Shown: in pieces, positions 1 through 9,641 of the stretch
Layout: each line of letters starts with the position of its first letter
How positions within the stretch are numbered: the first letter of the stretch is position 1
DNA from: Deltaproteobacteria bacterium
GTDB lineage: Bacteria; Myxococcota; JACRCW01
Assembly (NCBI GenBank): GCA_016218805.1
Contig: JACRCW010000015.1
Location: 1 to 44,668, forward strand
Reading direction: 5' to 3'
DNA: 44,668 nt
Notes under the pieces: model-generated
Databases searched by the model: none
What the model was told of the DNA's origin: nothing
Seen by the model: the letters and a program-made list of their open reading frames with translations, nothing else
Translations under genes and position numbers: made by a program

Positions 1-195
1 GAGGACTCGCCTTTGACCTCGCACGCAACAGATCGTTTCCGCTGACCTTTTTCAGAGCCACACGCCCTTGCCTCGACTCACGGCCCTCCGGAACGCAGCC
101 CCCCTCTCAAGTTCCCAAGCCAGAATGCGATCGCCCTGCGGCTCAAGCTCGGGTCCGCTTGACCCTTTGGCGGGGGGCCCAGCAACCTGCCGGGG

Positions 196-630
196 ATGGC
201 CGGTTTCCACATCAAGACCCCGGAAGAGTTGCGCAAGCTGGAGAGCGCGCTGGGCCAGCGGCATGCGCGGCGCCTGCGCCCCCATGAGTCCTTTGCGGTG
301 GCGCACGAGCGTGACGCGGAGACGGAGACGCTGACCTTTGACGTGGTGGAGGGGCCGGAGGTCTTCCGGTTTGAAGCGCGGCTGCACCTGGAGGACCTGC
401 GCGCCCCGGAGGACTCCACGGAGTTGCTGGTGGACTTCCTGGACGCGGTGGTGACCGAGTGGCTGGCCGGCGACCGGGAGGCCTACCCGACGCTGGATTT
501 CTCCCCGTACGAATTCCGGGAGGTCACCATTGGCCTGCGGGGCGGCAAGCACCGCCCGGACCTGGAAGCCATGGCGGATGCCATCCTGGCGGGGGCCAAC
601 CCGCACCGCAACGGTGACCCGCACGAGTGA
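196..630 (+). CDS. Hypothetical acidic cytoplasmic protein (144 aa)
   Basis: ATG start, host-like GC3 codon bias and globular-looking sequence; convergent with modC; TTGACC at 159-164 upstream. No recognisable motif. Confidence 0.75.
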   Translation: MAGFHIKTPEELRKLESALGQRHARRLRPHESFAVAHERDAETETLTFDVVEGPEVFRFEARLHLEDLRAPEDSTELLVDFLDAVVTEWLAGDREAYPTLDFSPYEFREVTIGLRGGKHRPDLEAMADAILAGANPHRNGDPHE

Positions 631-641
631 CGTCGTCGCGG

Positions 642-1727
642 TCACGCCGCGCGCGCCACCACCTGCACCGCGCCCGCCTTCAGCAGCACCGTCACGGCCG
701 AGCCCGGCGCCAGCCGCAGTTCCGCCACCGCGCCGCGCGTGACCTGCGCCACCAGCGGAAACCCGCAGTCCAGCGTGACGCGGCACAACGCACCGTCCGG
801 CTCCAACAAGGTGACCCGCGCGGCCAGGTGGTTGCGCGCGCTGGTGGGCGTCACGTCGGCCGCCATGAGCACCACGTCCTCGGAACGGATGCACACCATC
901 ACTGTGCCGCTCACATCGTCAGGCGCCAGGCCCACCAGCCGTGCGGCCCCCACCGCCACGGTGCACAGGCCCTCCGCGCAGTGCTCCACGCGCCCCTCCA
1001 CCACGGTCTCCACGCCCAGCACCCGCGCGGCCTCCTCGCTGCACGGGCGGGAGAACACGTCCTGGATGGGCCCGTCCTGCAGCACGCGCCCGCCGGACAT
1101 CACGACGACGCGGTCACCCAGGCCCAGCGCCTCAGTGCGGTCATGCGTCACCAGGATGCTGGGGATGCCCAGCGTGACCAGCACGGCGCGCAACGCGCGG
1201 CGGAGCGATTCACGCGAGGGCGTGTCCAGGGCGGAGAGCGGCTCATCCAACAGCAGCAGCCGCGGCCGCGGAGCAATGGCCCGCGCCAGCGCCGCGCGCT
1301 GCCGCTGGCCCGCGGAGATCTCGTGCGGACGGCGGTCCACCAACTCTGCAATGCCCGTGCGCGCCAGCGCATCCACCGCACGCGCATGGGCCTCCGCGTC
1401 CGTCAGCTGGTACAGGCCAAAGCGCACGTTCTGCTCAACGGTGAGGTGCGGGAACAGCGCCGGCTCCTGGAACACCATCCCCACGCGGCGCTGGCGCGGC
1501 GGCACGTGCCGGCCGGGGGCGGCCCAGGTGTCCGTACCCGCGCGCAGGGTTCCCTCGTCAATGCGGTCCAGACCCGCCAGGGCGCGCAGCACCGTGGTCT
1601 TGCCGCACCCCGACGGACCAAACAGCACCAGCACCCCGGGTGCATCCAGGTCCAGCCCAAAGCGGCCCTCCATGGCGGGGCCGCCCGCATGACGACGGCG
1701 GAAGTCCGCCTCCAGGCGCGCGCTCAC
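642..1727 (-). CDS. modC: Molybdate ABC transporter ATP-binding subunit with C-terminal TOBE domains
   Basis: Walker A GPSGCGKT, Q-loop MVFQE, signature ISAGQRQR, Walker B LLLDEP, H-loop VTHD and the TOBE motif SARN; overlaps the modB stop. Confidence 0.93.
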   Translation of the reverse strand: MSARLEADFRRRHAGGPAMEGRFGLDLDAPGVLVLFGPSGCGKTTVLRALAGLDRIDEGTLRAGTDTWAAPGRHVPPRQRRVGMVFQEPALFPHLTVEQNVRFGLYQLTDAEAHARAVDALARTGIAELVDRRPHEISAGQRQRAALARAIAPRPRLLLLDEPLSALDTPSRESLRRALRAVLVTLGIPSILVTHDRTEALGLGDRVVVMSGGRVLQDGPIQDVFSRPCSEEAARVLGVETVVEGRVEHCAEGLCTVAVGAARLVGLAPDDVSGTVMVCIRSEDVVLMAADVTPTSARNHLAARVTLLEPDGALCRVTLDCGFPLVAQVTRGAVAELRLAPGSAVTVLLKAGAVQVVARAA

Positions 1728-2395
1728 ATCACCCCCGGCGCGCGGCGCTGCAGCGCCTCCGTCACGGCCAGCGCGGTGAACGAGAACACCAGCAGCAGGG
1801 CGGACATGGCCGCGGCGCCCCCGTAGTCCAGCGCCTGCACGTGGTCATAGACCGCCACGGACGCCGTGCGGGTGACTCCGGGGATGTTCCCGCCCAACAT
1901 GAGCACCACGCCAAATTCCCCGACGGAATGCGCAAAGGTGAGCACCAGCCCGGAGGCCACCCCCGCGCGGGACAGCGGCAGCACCACGTGGTGGAAGATG
2001 CGCAGGGACCCGGCGCCCAGGCACGCCGCGGCCTCAATGTAGCGGCGGTCCACGGACGAGAACGCGGCCACGAACGGCCGCAACGCGAAGGGTACGTTGT
2101 ACAAAACGCTCCCCAGCAACACGCCTTCAAACGTGAACGGCAGCGTGCGGCCGGTGACGTCACCATACAGCCCACCCAGCGGCCCGCGCGGGCCCAGCAC
2201 CGTGAGCAGGTAGAAACCCAGCACCGTGGGGGGGAGCACCAGCGGGAGGGCCAGCAGCGCGTCCACCAGCGCGCGCCCGCGGAACCGCGCCTGGCTGAGC
2301 CACCACGCCGCGGGAATGCCCACCACCGCCAGCGTCACCGTGGTGGCGGTGGCCAACTGCAGCGTGACCAGCAGTGACGGGGCGTCCACGCTCAT
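1724..2395 (-). CDS. modB: Molybdate ABC transporter permease
   Basis: LPLVLPPTVLGFYLL, EAA loop (YIEAAACLGA) and FAHSVGEFGVVLMLGGNIPGVT; ATG at 2395 overlaps the modA stop (ATGA). Confidence 0.95.
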   Translation of the reverse strand: MSVDAPSLLVTLQLATATTVTLAVVGIPAAWWLSQARFRGRALVDALLALPLVLPPTVLGFYLLTVLGPRGPLGGLYGDVTGRTLPFTFEGVLLGSVLYNVPFALRPFVAAFSSVDRRYIEAAACLGAGSLRIFHHVVLPLSRAGVASGLVLTFAHSVGEFGVVLMLGGNIPGVTRTASVAVYDHVQALDYGGAAAMSALLLVFSFTALAVTEALQRRAPGVM

Positions 2396-3132
2396 CCGCC
2401 CGGTGGCGCAAAGCCGTGGCGGGCCAGGATGGCGCGGCCTTCGGGTCCGGTGAGGAACGCGCGCACCGTCTCCGCCGCGGCGCGTTCTTTGGCCCACGGC
2501 AGGATGATCCCGGCCTGCTCCACGGGCGCGTACAGGTCCGCGGGCACCCGCCAGCTGCGCCCCGCCGACGTCATGGACGGGACCTGCAACAGCGAGAGCG
2601 CCGTGATGGCGGCGTCCGTCGCACCCTGGTGCGCCATCTGCGCAGCCTGGGCCGCGTTGTCCGCCATGACCAGGCGGTCCTGCACGCGTTCGTACGTCCG
2701 GGTGGCGCGCAACGCCGCCTCAGCCGCACGGCCATACGGCGCATGGCGCGGGTTGGCGATGGAGATCCGGCGGGCCCCAACCAGCGCGGCAAGGCCATCC
2801 TTCTCCGGGTGCAGCGTGGAGTCCGCGGGAACCCACACGGCCAGCGCGCCGCGCGCGTAAGGGAAGACGTCCGCTTCCTTTGCCAGGCCGTCCGCAACCA
2901 GCCGCCGCGGGTACGCGGCATCCGCCGACAGGAACACGTCAAACGGCGCCTTCTGGGTCAGCTGCGCGTGGAACTGGCCGCTGGAGCCGTACGTGACGTC
3001 GAGAACAACCTTGCCGGCAAGCGCCTTGGAGACGTCTTCCATGGCGTACCGGAGGTCCGCTGCCGCCGCGACCGCCACGTGCGGCGGTGTGGCAACCGCC
3101 AGGGAGAGCAGGAGTCCGAGCACGGCGCCCAT
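2392..3132 (-). CDS. modA: Molybdate ABC transporter periplasmic binding protein
   Basis: Signal peptide, AAAADL, YGSSG, APFDVFLSAD and IANPRHAPYGRAA motifs. Confidence 0.95.
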   Translation of the reverse strand: MGAVLGLLLSLAVATPPHVAVAAAADLRYAMEDVSKALAGKVVLDVTYGSSGQFHAQLTQKAPFDVFLSADAAYPRRLVADGLAKEADVFPYARGALAVWVPADSTLHPEKDGLAALVGARRISIANPRHAPYGRAAEAALRATRTYERVQDRLVMADNAAQAAQMAHQGATDAAITALSLLQVPSMTSAGRSWRVPADLYAPVEQAGIILPWAKERAAAETVRAFLTGPEGRAILARHGFAPPGG

Positions 3133-3177
3133 CCTCGTCGGTACCCGCGGTTCCGCGCAAGGCGGGTCACGACGTGC
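3130..3177. repeat. 48-bp imperfect direct repeat, copy 1 (includes the modA start codon and upstream region)
   Basis: CATCCTCGTCGG-N7-GGTTCCGCGCAAGG-N5-CACGACGTGC; the three blocks are identical in the copy at 4016-4063. Confidence 0.9.
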
Positions 3178-3178
3178 G

Positions 3179-3739
3179 TCACCCGACAGACACGGCGTTC
3201 CACTCTTCCGCCAGGCCCAGGCGTTCCACCCAACGCAGCAACTCCGCGTCCTCCCTCAGCGCCGGGTTGAGGGCAATCATCCCCCGGATATCCCGCACGT
3301 GTTTCTGTGAGCCCCCTTCCCGGAAGAACTGCAGCTTCCTGATGACGACATATTGCACCGGCGCCACCCAGACCTCCGCGGGCCCCAGGGGCAACCGGAT
3401 CCTGCGTTCCAGCCCCCATGGATGAAGCGGGTCTTGCCCCACGAGGTAGAAGTCCGCTTTGAAGCCGCTGGAGTGGTGGATGACGTTGAAATGACCGTGG
3501 CGGTCGCGGGCCACCTCTACGGCAATCACTTCTTCGGGAGGGACGTAGAAAGCGGACGCCGGGAAGGCGGCCACCAGCGCCGCAGCGCGTCCGCGCCCAA
3601 GCTGCACCACAAGATCCACGTCGTGGGTGACGCGGGGCTCGCCGTAGAGAATGCCGGCAATGCTGCCGGTCACCATGTACGGAATGCCCAGGGCGTCCAA
3701 CGGGCGGGTAAACAGCAGCACGAGTTCAGGTTCTTGCAT
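3179..3739 (-). CDS. Nucleotidyltransferase, DUF1814/AbiEii-like (MenT-type toxin candidate)
   Basis: YMVTGSIAGILYGEPRVTHDVDLVV (G-S...R-x-T-x-D-x-D NTase motif) and a C-terminal K(L)...KHxRD motif; start overlaps the upstream small gene. Confidence 0.8.
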   Translation of the reverse strand: MQEPELVLLFTRPLDALGIPYMVTGSIAGILYGEPRVTHDVDLVVQLGRGRAAALVAAFPASAFYVPPEEVIAVEVARDRHGHFNVIHHSSGFKADFYLVGQDPLHPWGLERRIRLPLGPAEVWVAPVQYVVIRKLQFFREGGSQKHVRDIRGMIALNPALREDAELLRWVERLGLAEEWNAVSVG

Positions 3740-3908
3740 ACAGGAACACCTCGGCCACGTGTTTCTGAACTTGCTCTTCGGTCCATTCGGGGTGCTGCAG
3801 GCGCGTCCAGGACGCGCGCATGTTCCACGCCATCTGGCGCAGCTTGAAGGCCTGCTGCAGGCGTTCATACGGAGTCATGCGCCGGTAGATCTCCCACTGC
3901 GTGGTCAT
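3726..3908 (-). CDS. Small helical protein, Rv0078B/MenA1-like antitoxin candidate (60 aa)
   Basis: MTTQWEIYRRMTPYERLQQAFKL...LQHPEWTEEQVQKHVA pattern, typical of small genes upstream of this NTase class; GGAG RBS; 14-nt overlap with the NTase gene. Confidence 0.7.
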   Translation of the reverse strand: MTTQWEIYRRMTPYERLQQAFKLRQMAWNMRASWTRLQHPEWTEEQVQKHVAEVFLYART

Positions 3909-4015
3909 GCGTGCTCCAGGGCGGGCGGAGCATGATTCTGCCCGCGCGCGCAGTGGGCGGCAATCCGGGCAGCGCGGGTGGGCGCGGCAAGGGTGGCACG
4001 CAGCGTGACCACGGA

Positions 4016-4063
4016 CATCCTCGTCGGCGGCGGGGGTTCCGCGCAAGGTCCACCACGACGTGC
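4016..4063. repeat. 48-bp imperfect direct repeat, copy 2
   Basis: CATCCTCGTCGG-cggcggg-GGTTCCGCGCAAGG-tccac-CACGACGTGC; 38/48 identical to 3130-3177 by hand alignment. Confidence 0.9.
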
Positions 4064-4101
4064 TTGCGCCTCACCGACGCACACGCTACGGCGCCCCCCT
4101 C

Positions 4102-5496
<1,395 letters not shown>

Positions 5497-5508
5497 ACAG
5501 GAGGCGGC

Positions 5509-7341
5509 ATGTGCGGCATCGTGGGGTACGTGGGGAACCGGCAGGCGCAGGACATCATTGTGGAGGGGCTGCGGAAGCTGGAATACCGCGGTTATGACAG
5601 CGCCGGCGTGGCGACGTTGCTGGACGGGCGCACGCACGTGCGGCGCGCGGTGGGCAAGCTGTCCAACCTGGCCAACCTGCTCAAGGAGACCCCGCTGGTG
5701 GGCACCACCGGCGTGGGCCACACGCGCTGGGCCACGCACGGGCGGCCGTCTGAAGAGAACGCGCACCCGCACACCGCCGACGGCGTGACCGTGGTGCACA
5801 ACGGCATCATTGAGAACCACCTGGCGCTGCGTGACGAGCTGCGCAAGGCCGGCCGCGTGTTCAAGAGCGAGACGGACACGGAGATCTTTGCCCACCTGGT
5901 GGCGCTGGAGAGCGCGCGCGGTTTGTCGCTGGCGGACGCGGTGCGCGCGGCGGCGGCGCGCGTGCACGGGGCGTTTGCGCTGGTGGTGATGCGGGAGGAC
6001 AGCCCCGGCGTGCTGGTGGGCGTGAAGGTGGCCAGCCCGCTGGTGGTGGGCATTGGTGACGACGAAGCATTCCTGGCCTCCGATGTGCCGGCCATCCTGG
6101 CGCACACGCGCCGCGTCATCTTCCTGGAGGAAGGTGACATGGCGGTGATCACCCCGCAGAAGGTCACGCTGACCACGCTGCGCGGCGAGCCCGTGGACCG
6201 CCCGGTGCGCGTGATCGACTGGACGCCGGTGATGGCGGAGAAGGGCGGCCACAAGCACTTCATGCACAAGGAGATCTTTGAACAGCCGCGCGCGGTGGCG
6301 GACACGCTGCGCGGGCGCGTGGGCCGCGAAGAAGGCCAGGTGTTCCTGGACGGCGTGAAGGTGGAGGAGCTCAAGTCCATCAAGCGCGTGGTGGTGCTGG
6401 CCTGCGGCACGTCCTGGCACGCGGGGCTGGTGGGCAAGGCGCTGATTGAACAGTTCGCGCACGTTCCCGTGGACGTGGAACTGGCCAGCGAGTTCCGCTA
6501 CCGCGAGCCCATTGTGGAGCCGGGCACGCTGGCGCTGGCCATCAGCCAATCCGGTGAGACCGCGGACACGCTGGCGGCGCTCAAGGAAGCGCGGAACCTG
6601 GGCGCGCGCGTGATGGCCATCTGCAACGTGCTGGGCAGCGCCATCGCCCGTGAAGCGGAGAAGGACCTGGGTGTCCTGTACACGCACGCCGGCCCGGAGA
6701 TTGGCGTCGCCTCCACCAAGGCGTTTGTCACCCAGATTGTGGCGCTGCATCTGATGGCGCTGGGCATGGGCCGCGCGCGCGGGCACCTGGACGCGCAGGC
6801 GGTCCGCACGGAGCTGCAGGCGCTGTCACGGTTGCCCAAGCTGATGGAGAGCGTGCTGGATGACGACGCGCAGATTGCCGCCATTGCGCGCACCATGCTG
6901 GGTACGCGGGACACGCTGTTCCTGGGCCGCGGCATGTGCTTTCCCATTGCGCTGGAGGGCGCACTCAAGCTCAAGGAGATCAGTTACATCCACGCGGAGG
7001 GCTACGCCGCCGGCGAAATGAAGCACGGTCCCATTGCCCTCATTGAGCATGACCTCCCCGTCATCTGCCTGGTCACCCAGGGCAACGGCTACGACAAGAT
7101 GCTTGGCAACATCCAGGAGGTCCGCGCGCGCGGGGGCCGCGTCATTGCCATTGCCACCGACGGTGACAAGCAGATTGGCAGCCTGGCGCAGGACGTCATC
7201 TACATCCCGCAATGCCCGCGTTTCCTGGAACCGGCGCTGGCCGCCCTGCCCTGCCAGCTGCTCGCGTACCACGTGGCGGACGGGCGCGGGACGGACGTGG
7301 ACCAGCCGCGCAACCTGGCCAAGAGTGTGACGGTGGAGTGA
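5509..7341 (+). CDS. glmS: Glutamine--fructose-6-phosphate aminotransferase
   Basis: MCGIVG N-terminal nucleophile, LEYRGYDSAG, GHTRWATHG, ISQSGETADT and PRNLAKSVTVE; GGAGG RBS. Confidence 0.99.
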   Translation: MCGIVGYVGNRQAQDIIVEGLRKLEYRGYDSAGVATLLDGRTHVRRAVGKLSNLANLLKETPLVGTTGVGHTRWATHGRPSEENAHPHTADGVTVVHNGIIENHLALRDELRKAGRVFKSETDTEIFAHLVALESARGLSLADAVRAAAARVHGAFALVVMREDSPGVLVGVKVASPLVVGIGDDEAFLASDVPAILAHTRRVIFLEEGDMAVITPQKVTLTTLRGEPVDRPVRVIDWTPVMAEKGGHKHFMHKEIFEQPRAVADTLRGRVGREEGQVFLDGVKVEELKSIKRVVVLACGTSWHAGLVGKALIEQFAHVPVDVELASEFRYREPIVEPGTLALAISQSGETADTLAALKEARNLGARVMAICNVLGSAIAREAEKDLGVLYTHAGPEIGVASTKAFVTQIVALHLMALGMGRARGHLDAQAVRTELQALSRLPKLMESVLDDDAQIAAIARTMLGTRDTLFLGRGMCFPIALEGALKLKEISYIHAEGYAAGEMKHGPIALIEHDLPVICLVTQGNGYDKMLGNIQEVRARGGRVIAIATDGDKQIGSLAQDVIYIPQCPRFLEPALAALPCQLLAYHVADGRGTDVDQPRNLAKSVTVE

Positions 7342-7941
7342 TCAGCGCCGCGGGCGGGACGGGCGCGGCAGTTCCTCCAGCATGCGCATGAACATCTCGC
7401 CCTGCTCCAGCGCGTCATCCAGCGCTTCATGCGTGTGCACACGGTCCGGGATCCACCGCAGCGGGAAGTTGCGCTTGGTGCATTCCCGGAACGGCCGCCC
7501 CGTCAGGCCCATGGCCAGTGACTTCATGTCCAGCGCCGCGTGGCTGAACGGGCTGTCTCCGGTGAAGCGCACCAGGTACCAGTACACCCATGAGAAATCC
7601 CACGCCGCCGGGTAGCCAACGAAGACGGGCTTGCCCGGCAGCGCTTTGAGCCAGTCGGCGTACCGTGGAATGGCGGTCTCCGGCGCTTGGGGGTCCTTGC
7701 GCGACGCCGCCCACGCCTGCGGGTTGTCCGCCCAGAAGCGCAGGGTGTCCGGGTGCCCCGCGGCCCCCGGCAGCGTCTCCAGGTTCACCGTGAACGACGA
7801 CACCATCCCCCGCCCCGGCACAAACGCCGCGGACGCCAGGCTCAGCATGGAGTGCGGCCCGGGGATGGGACCGTCCGTCTCCACGTCGGTGGAGACGTAG
7901 GCCTCCGCGGTGTCGGTCTCAGGTGCCGCTGCAGCGGTCAA
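7342..7941 (-). CDS. DEDD-family 3'-5' exonuclease (RNase AS-like); start uncertain
   Basis: [11 protein letters not shown] (Exo I), AAWDFSWV (Exo II) and [10 protein letters not shown] (Exo III); the TTG start overlaps the upstream gene. Confidence 0.8.
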   Translation of the reverse strand: MTAAAAPETDTAEAYVSTDVETDGPIPGPHSMLSLASAAFVPGRGMVSSFTVNLETLPGAAGHPDTLRFWADNPQAWAASRKDPQAPETAIPRYADWLKALPGKPVFVGYPAAWDFSWVYWYLVRFTGDSPFSHAALDMKSLAMGLTGRPFRECTKRNFPLRWIPDRVHTHEALDDALEQGEMFMRMLEELPRPSRPRR

Positions 7942-8800
7942 AGGTCACTTCCTTGGACTTGTCATCCGCGGTGATGGTGGCGGTGCCGCACCCGGTGACC
8001 GTGACGGTGACGTCCACGGCGTCCCCGTCATCCGGCGTGACGGTGCCGGTCAGGGAACCGCTGGTGGCGCAGTTGCATGAGGCGGTCCACGTCAGGTTCG
8101 CGGGGGACAGGGTCGTCGTGTACTTGGCAACGTTGTGGCGGACTTCAAAAGTGCCGCCATTCATGACGCGGCTGGCGCGCGAGGTCCCGGTGACCGTGAC
8201 ATCCGCGGTGGTCCGCGTGTCGACGTCGGCGAGGGTGGCGCCGGCCGCCGTGCGCAGCACCCGGCTCACGCCGCTGACGTGGTAGGTGTACGCGTCTGCG
8301 CCGGTGCGTGTGAGTTGCTGGCCCGCGCCGCTGACGGTGAGCGTGGCGTCGCGGCGGCCGGTGATGGTGAAGTTGGGAACGCGCGTGACGGACTCGCCCA
8401 CGGTTTCCAGGCGGCAGTTGCCGCCGGTCCAGGTCAGCGTGACGGTGCCGGTGAGCGACGCCAACCCGACGGTGCACCCGCCGAAGGTTCGGGTGATGGT
8501 GCTGTTGCTGCACGTGCCGAACGTGTCCGCGCCCCAGCACGCGGCCGCGTGCGCGCTGGGCAGGATGGCGTCCTGCAGGCGGTCCAGCGGCGTGTCCATC
8601 ATGCGCCGCACCCCGCCCGCCTTGTAGAACGCAAAGGTGCCGCCGTTCTCACCGCTGCTCTCGTCCGCGCTGGCCATCATGTCCCCCAGCGCCTGCGCCA
8701 CCTCCTCAGTGTCCTCCAGCGCCTGGTCCAGCTTCCCCCGGCCACAACCCACCAGCGCCACCGTCCCCACCATCAGCCACAACATCGCCGCGTGCCGCAT
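7919..8800 (-). CDS. Thr/Gly/Cys-rich lipoprotein of unknown function
   Basis: Signal peptide with lipobox LVGC; AGGAG RBS; beta-rich sequence with paired Cys. Confidence 0.8.
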   Translation of the reverse strand: MRHAAMLWLMVGTVALVGCGRGKLDQALEDTEEVAQALGDMMASADESSGENGGTFAFYKAGGVRRMMDTPLDRLQDAILPSAHAAACWGADTFGTCSNSTITRTFGGCTVGLASLTGTVTLTWTGGNCRLETVGESVTRVPNFTITGRRDATLTVSGAGQQLTRTGADAYTYHVSGVSRVLRTAAGATLADVDTRTTADVTVTGTSRASRVMNGGTFEVRHNVAKYTTTLSPANLTWTASCNCATSGSLTGTVTPDDGDAVDVTVTVTGCGTATITADDKSKEVTFDRCSGT

Positions 8801-8879
8801 GACAGTCCTCCTTTCGGCCCGCAGGCCGAGCCCCTGTTTGACACCACCCCGCGCTCAATTCGCAACCCGACGCGGTGGG

Positions 8880-9641
8880 TCACTTCCCTACCCGGCGGGA
8901 GGCCAACGCGGCCGCCAGCGCGCGGGTGAGCCCGTCCGCATCCGGCTTCTCCGCAATGGCCTGCGCCGGGAGGCCGTGGTGCGCCCACGCCTGCGCGGTG
9001 GTCCGGCCGGGGGCCGCGCGCACCAGCCGTCCGAGAATCTCCGTGGACACCAGGGCGCACAGCGCGTCCACCGCGGAGGGGCTCATGCACACCACGCCCT
9101 CCACGGTGCCGGCGGCCAGTGCCGCCATGGCCGCGTGGGGCAGCGCGGGCGCCGGCTGGGTGCGGTACGCCTCCACCACGTCCACCGCTGCCCCGTGCGC
9201 GCGCAGCGCCTCCGCCGCGTCCGCCCGGGACACCTGGCTGGTTGGGAGCAGGTAGCGCGCGCCGCGCACGTTGCCGCCGGTGACCAGCAACCCGGCCAGC
9301 GACGCACCATCCGCGGTGTCCTCCGCGTTGATGAAACGGGTGAACCCTGCCGTACGCGCGCGCGTGCGCGTTCCTCCGCCCAGCACCGCCACGGGCGTGC
9401 CCGCGGGAACCCGCCCCGCCACCGCGTCCACGGCGCGCGGGCTGGTGAGCAGGACCCCGGCATACGCACCCGCCGTGACCGCGGCCAGCGCGTCCGCCAG
9501 CGCACGCCCGTCCGCCGGCGCGGTGAAGCGCACCACGGGTGCGGCCACGAGCACCGCGCCCTCCCGCTCCAGCGCCGCAGCGAGCGCATCCTCACCGTCA
9601 ACGGGGCGCGTCCACAGGATCACCCGCCCGGCCAGCCTCAT
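8880..9641 (-). CDS. hemD: Uroporphyrinogen-III synthase
   Basis: ILWTRP, LTSPRAV, VEAYRT, MSPSAV and PGRTTA motifs typical of HemD. Confidence 0.85.
   Translation of the reverse strand: MRLAGRVILWTRPVDGEDALAAALEREGAVLVAAPVVRFTAPADGRALADALAAVTAGAYAGVLLTSPRAVDAVAGRVPAGTPVAVLGGGTRTRARTAGFTRFINAEDTADGASLAGLLVTGGNVRGARYLLPTSQVSRADAAEALRAHGAAVDVVEAYRTQPAPALPHAAMAALAAGTVEGVVCMSPSAVDALCALVSTEILGRLVRAAPGRTTAQAWAHHGLPAQAIAEKPDADGLTRALAAALASRRVGK

Noticed and set aside
1..195. Possible Moco riboswitch or ncRNA near the mod operon
   Set aside because: It lies downstream of modABC and I could not match a riboswitch consensus; more likely a promoter/leader region for a gene outside the window. An Rfam scan would settle it.
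3994..4009. Sigma54-like TGGCACG element upstream of glmU
   Set aside because: The -12 position reads GTGA rather than (T/G)TGC, so the invariant GC is missing.
3130..4063. The direct repeats as Xer/dif, integron attC or IS ends
   Set aside because: The conserved blocks are not inverted about the spacer, do not match dif or attC consensus, and no recombinase or transposase is present. Kept only as an unexplained direct repeat.
6071..6081. TCCTGGCCTCC match to the tRNA-Cys 3' end as a possible att site
   Set aside because: Only 11 bp, inside intact glmS coding sequence, with no integrase; expected by chance at this GC content.
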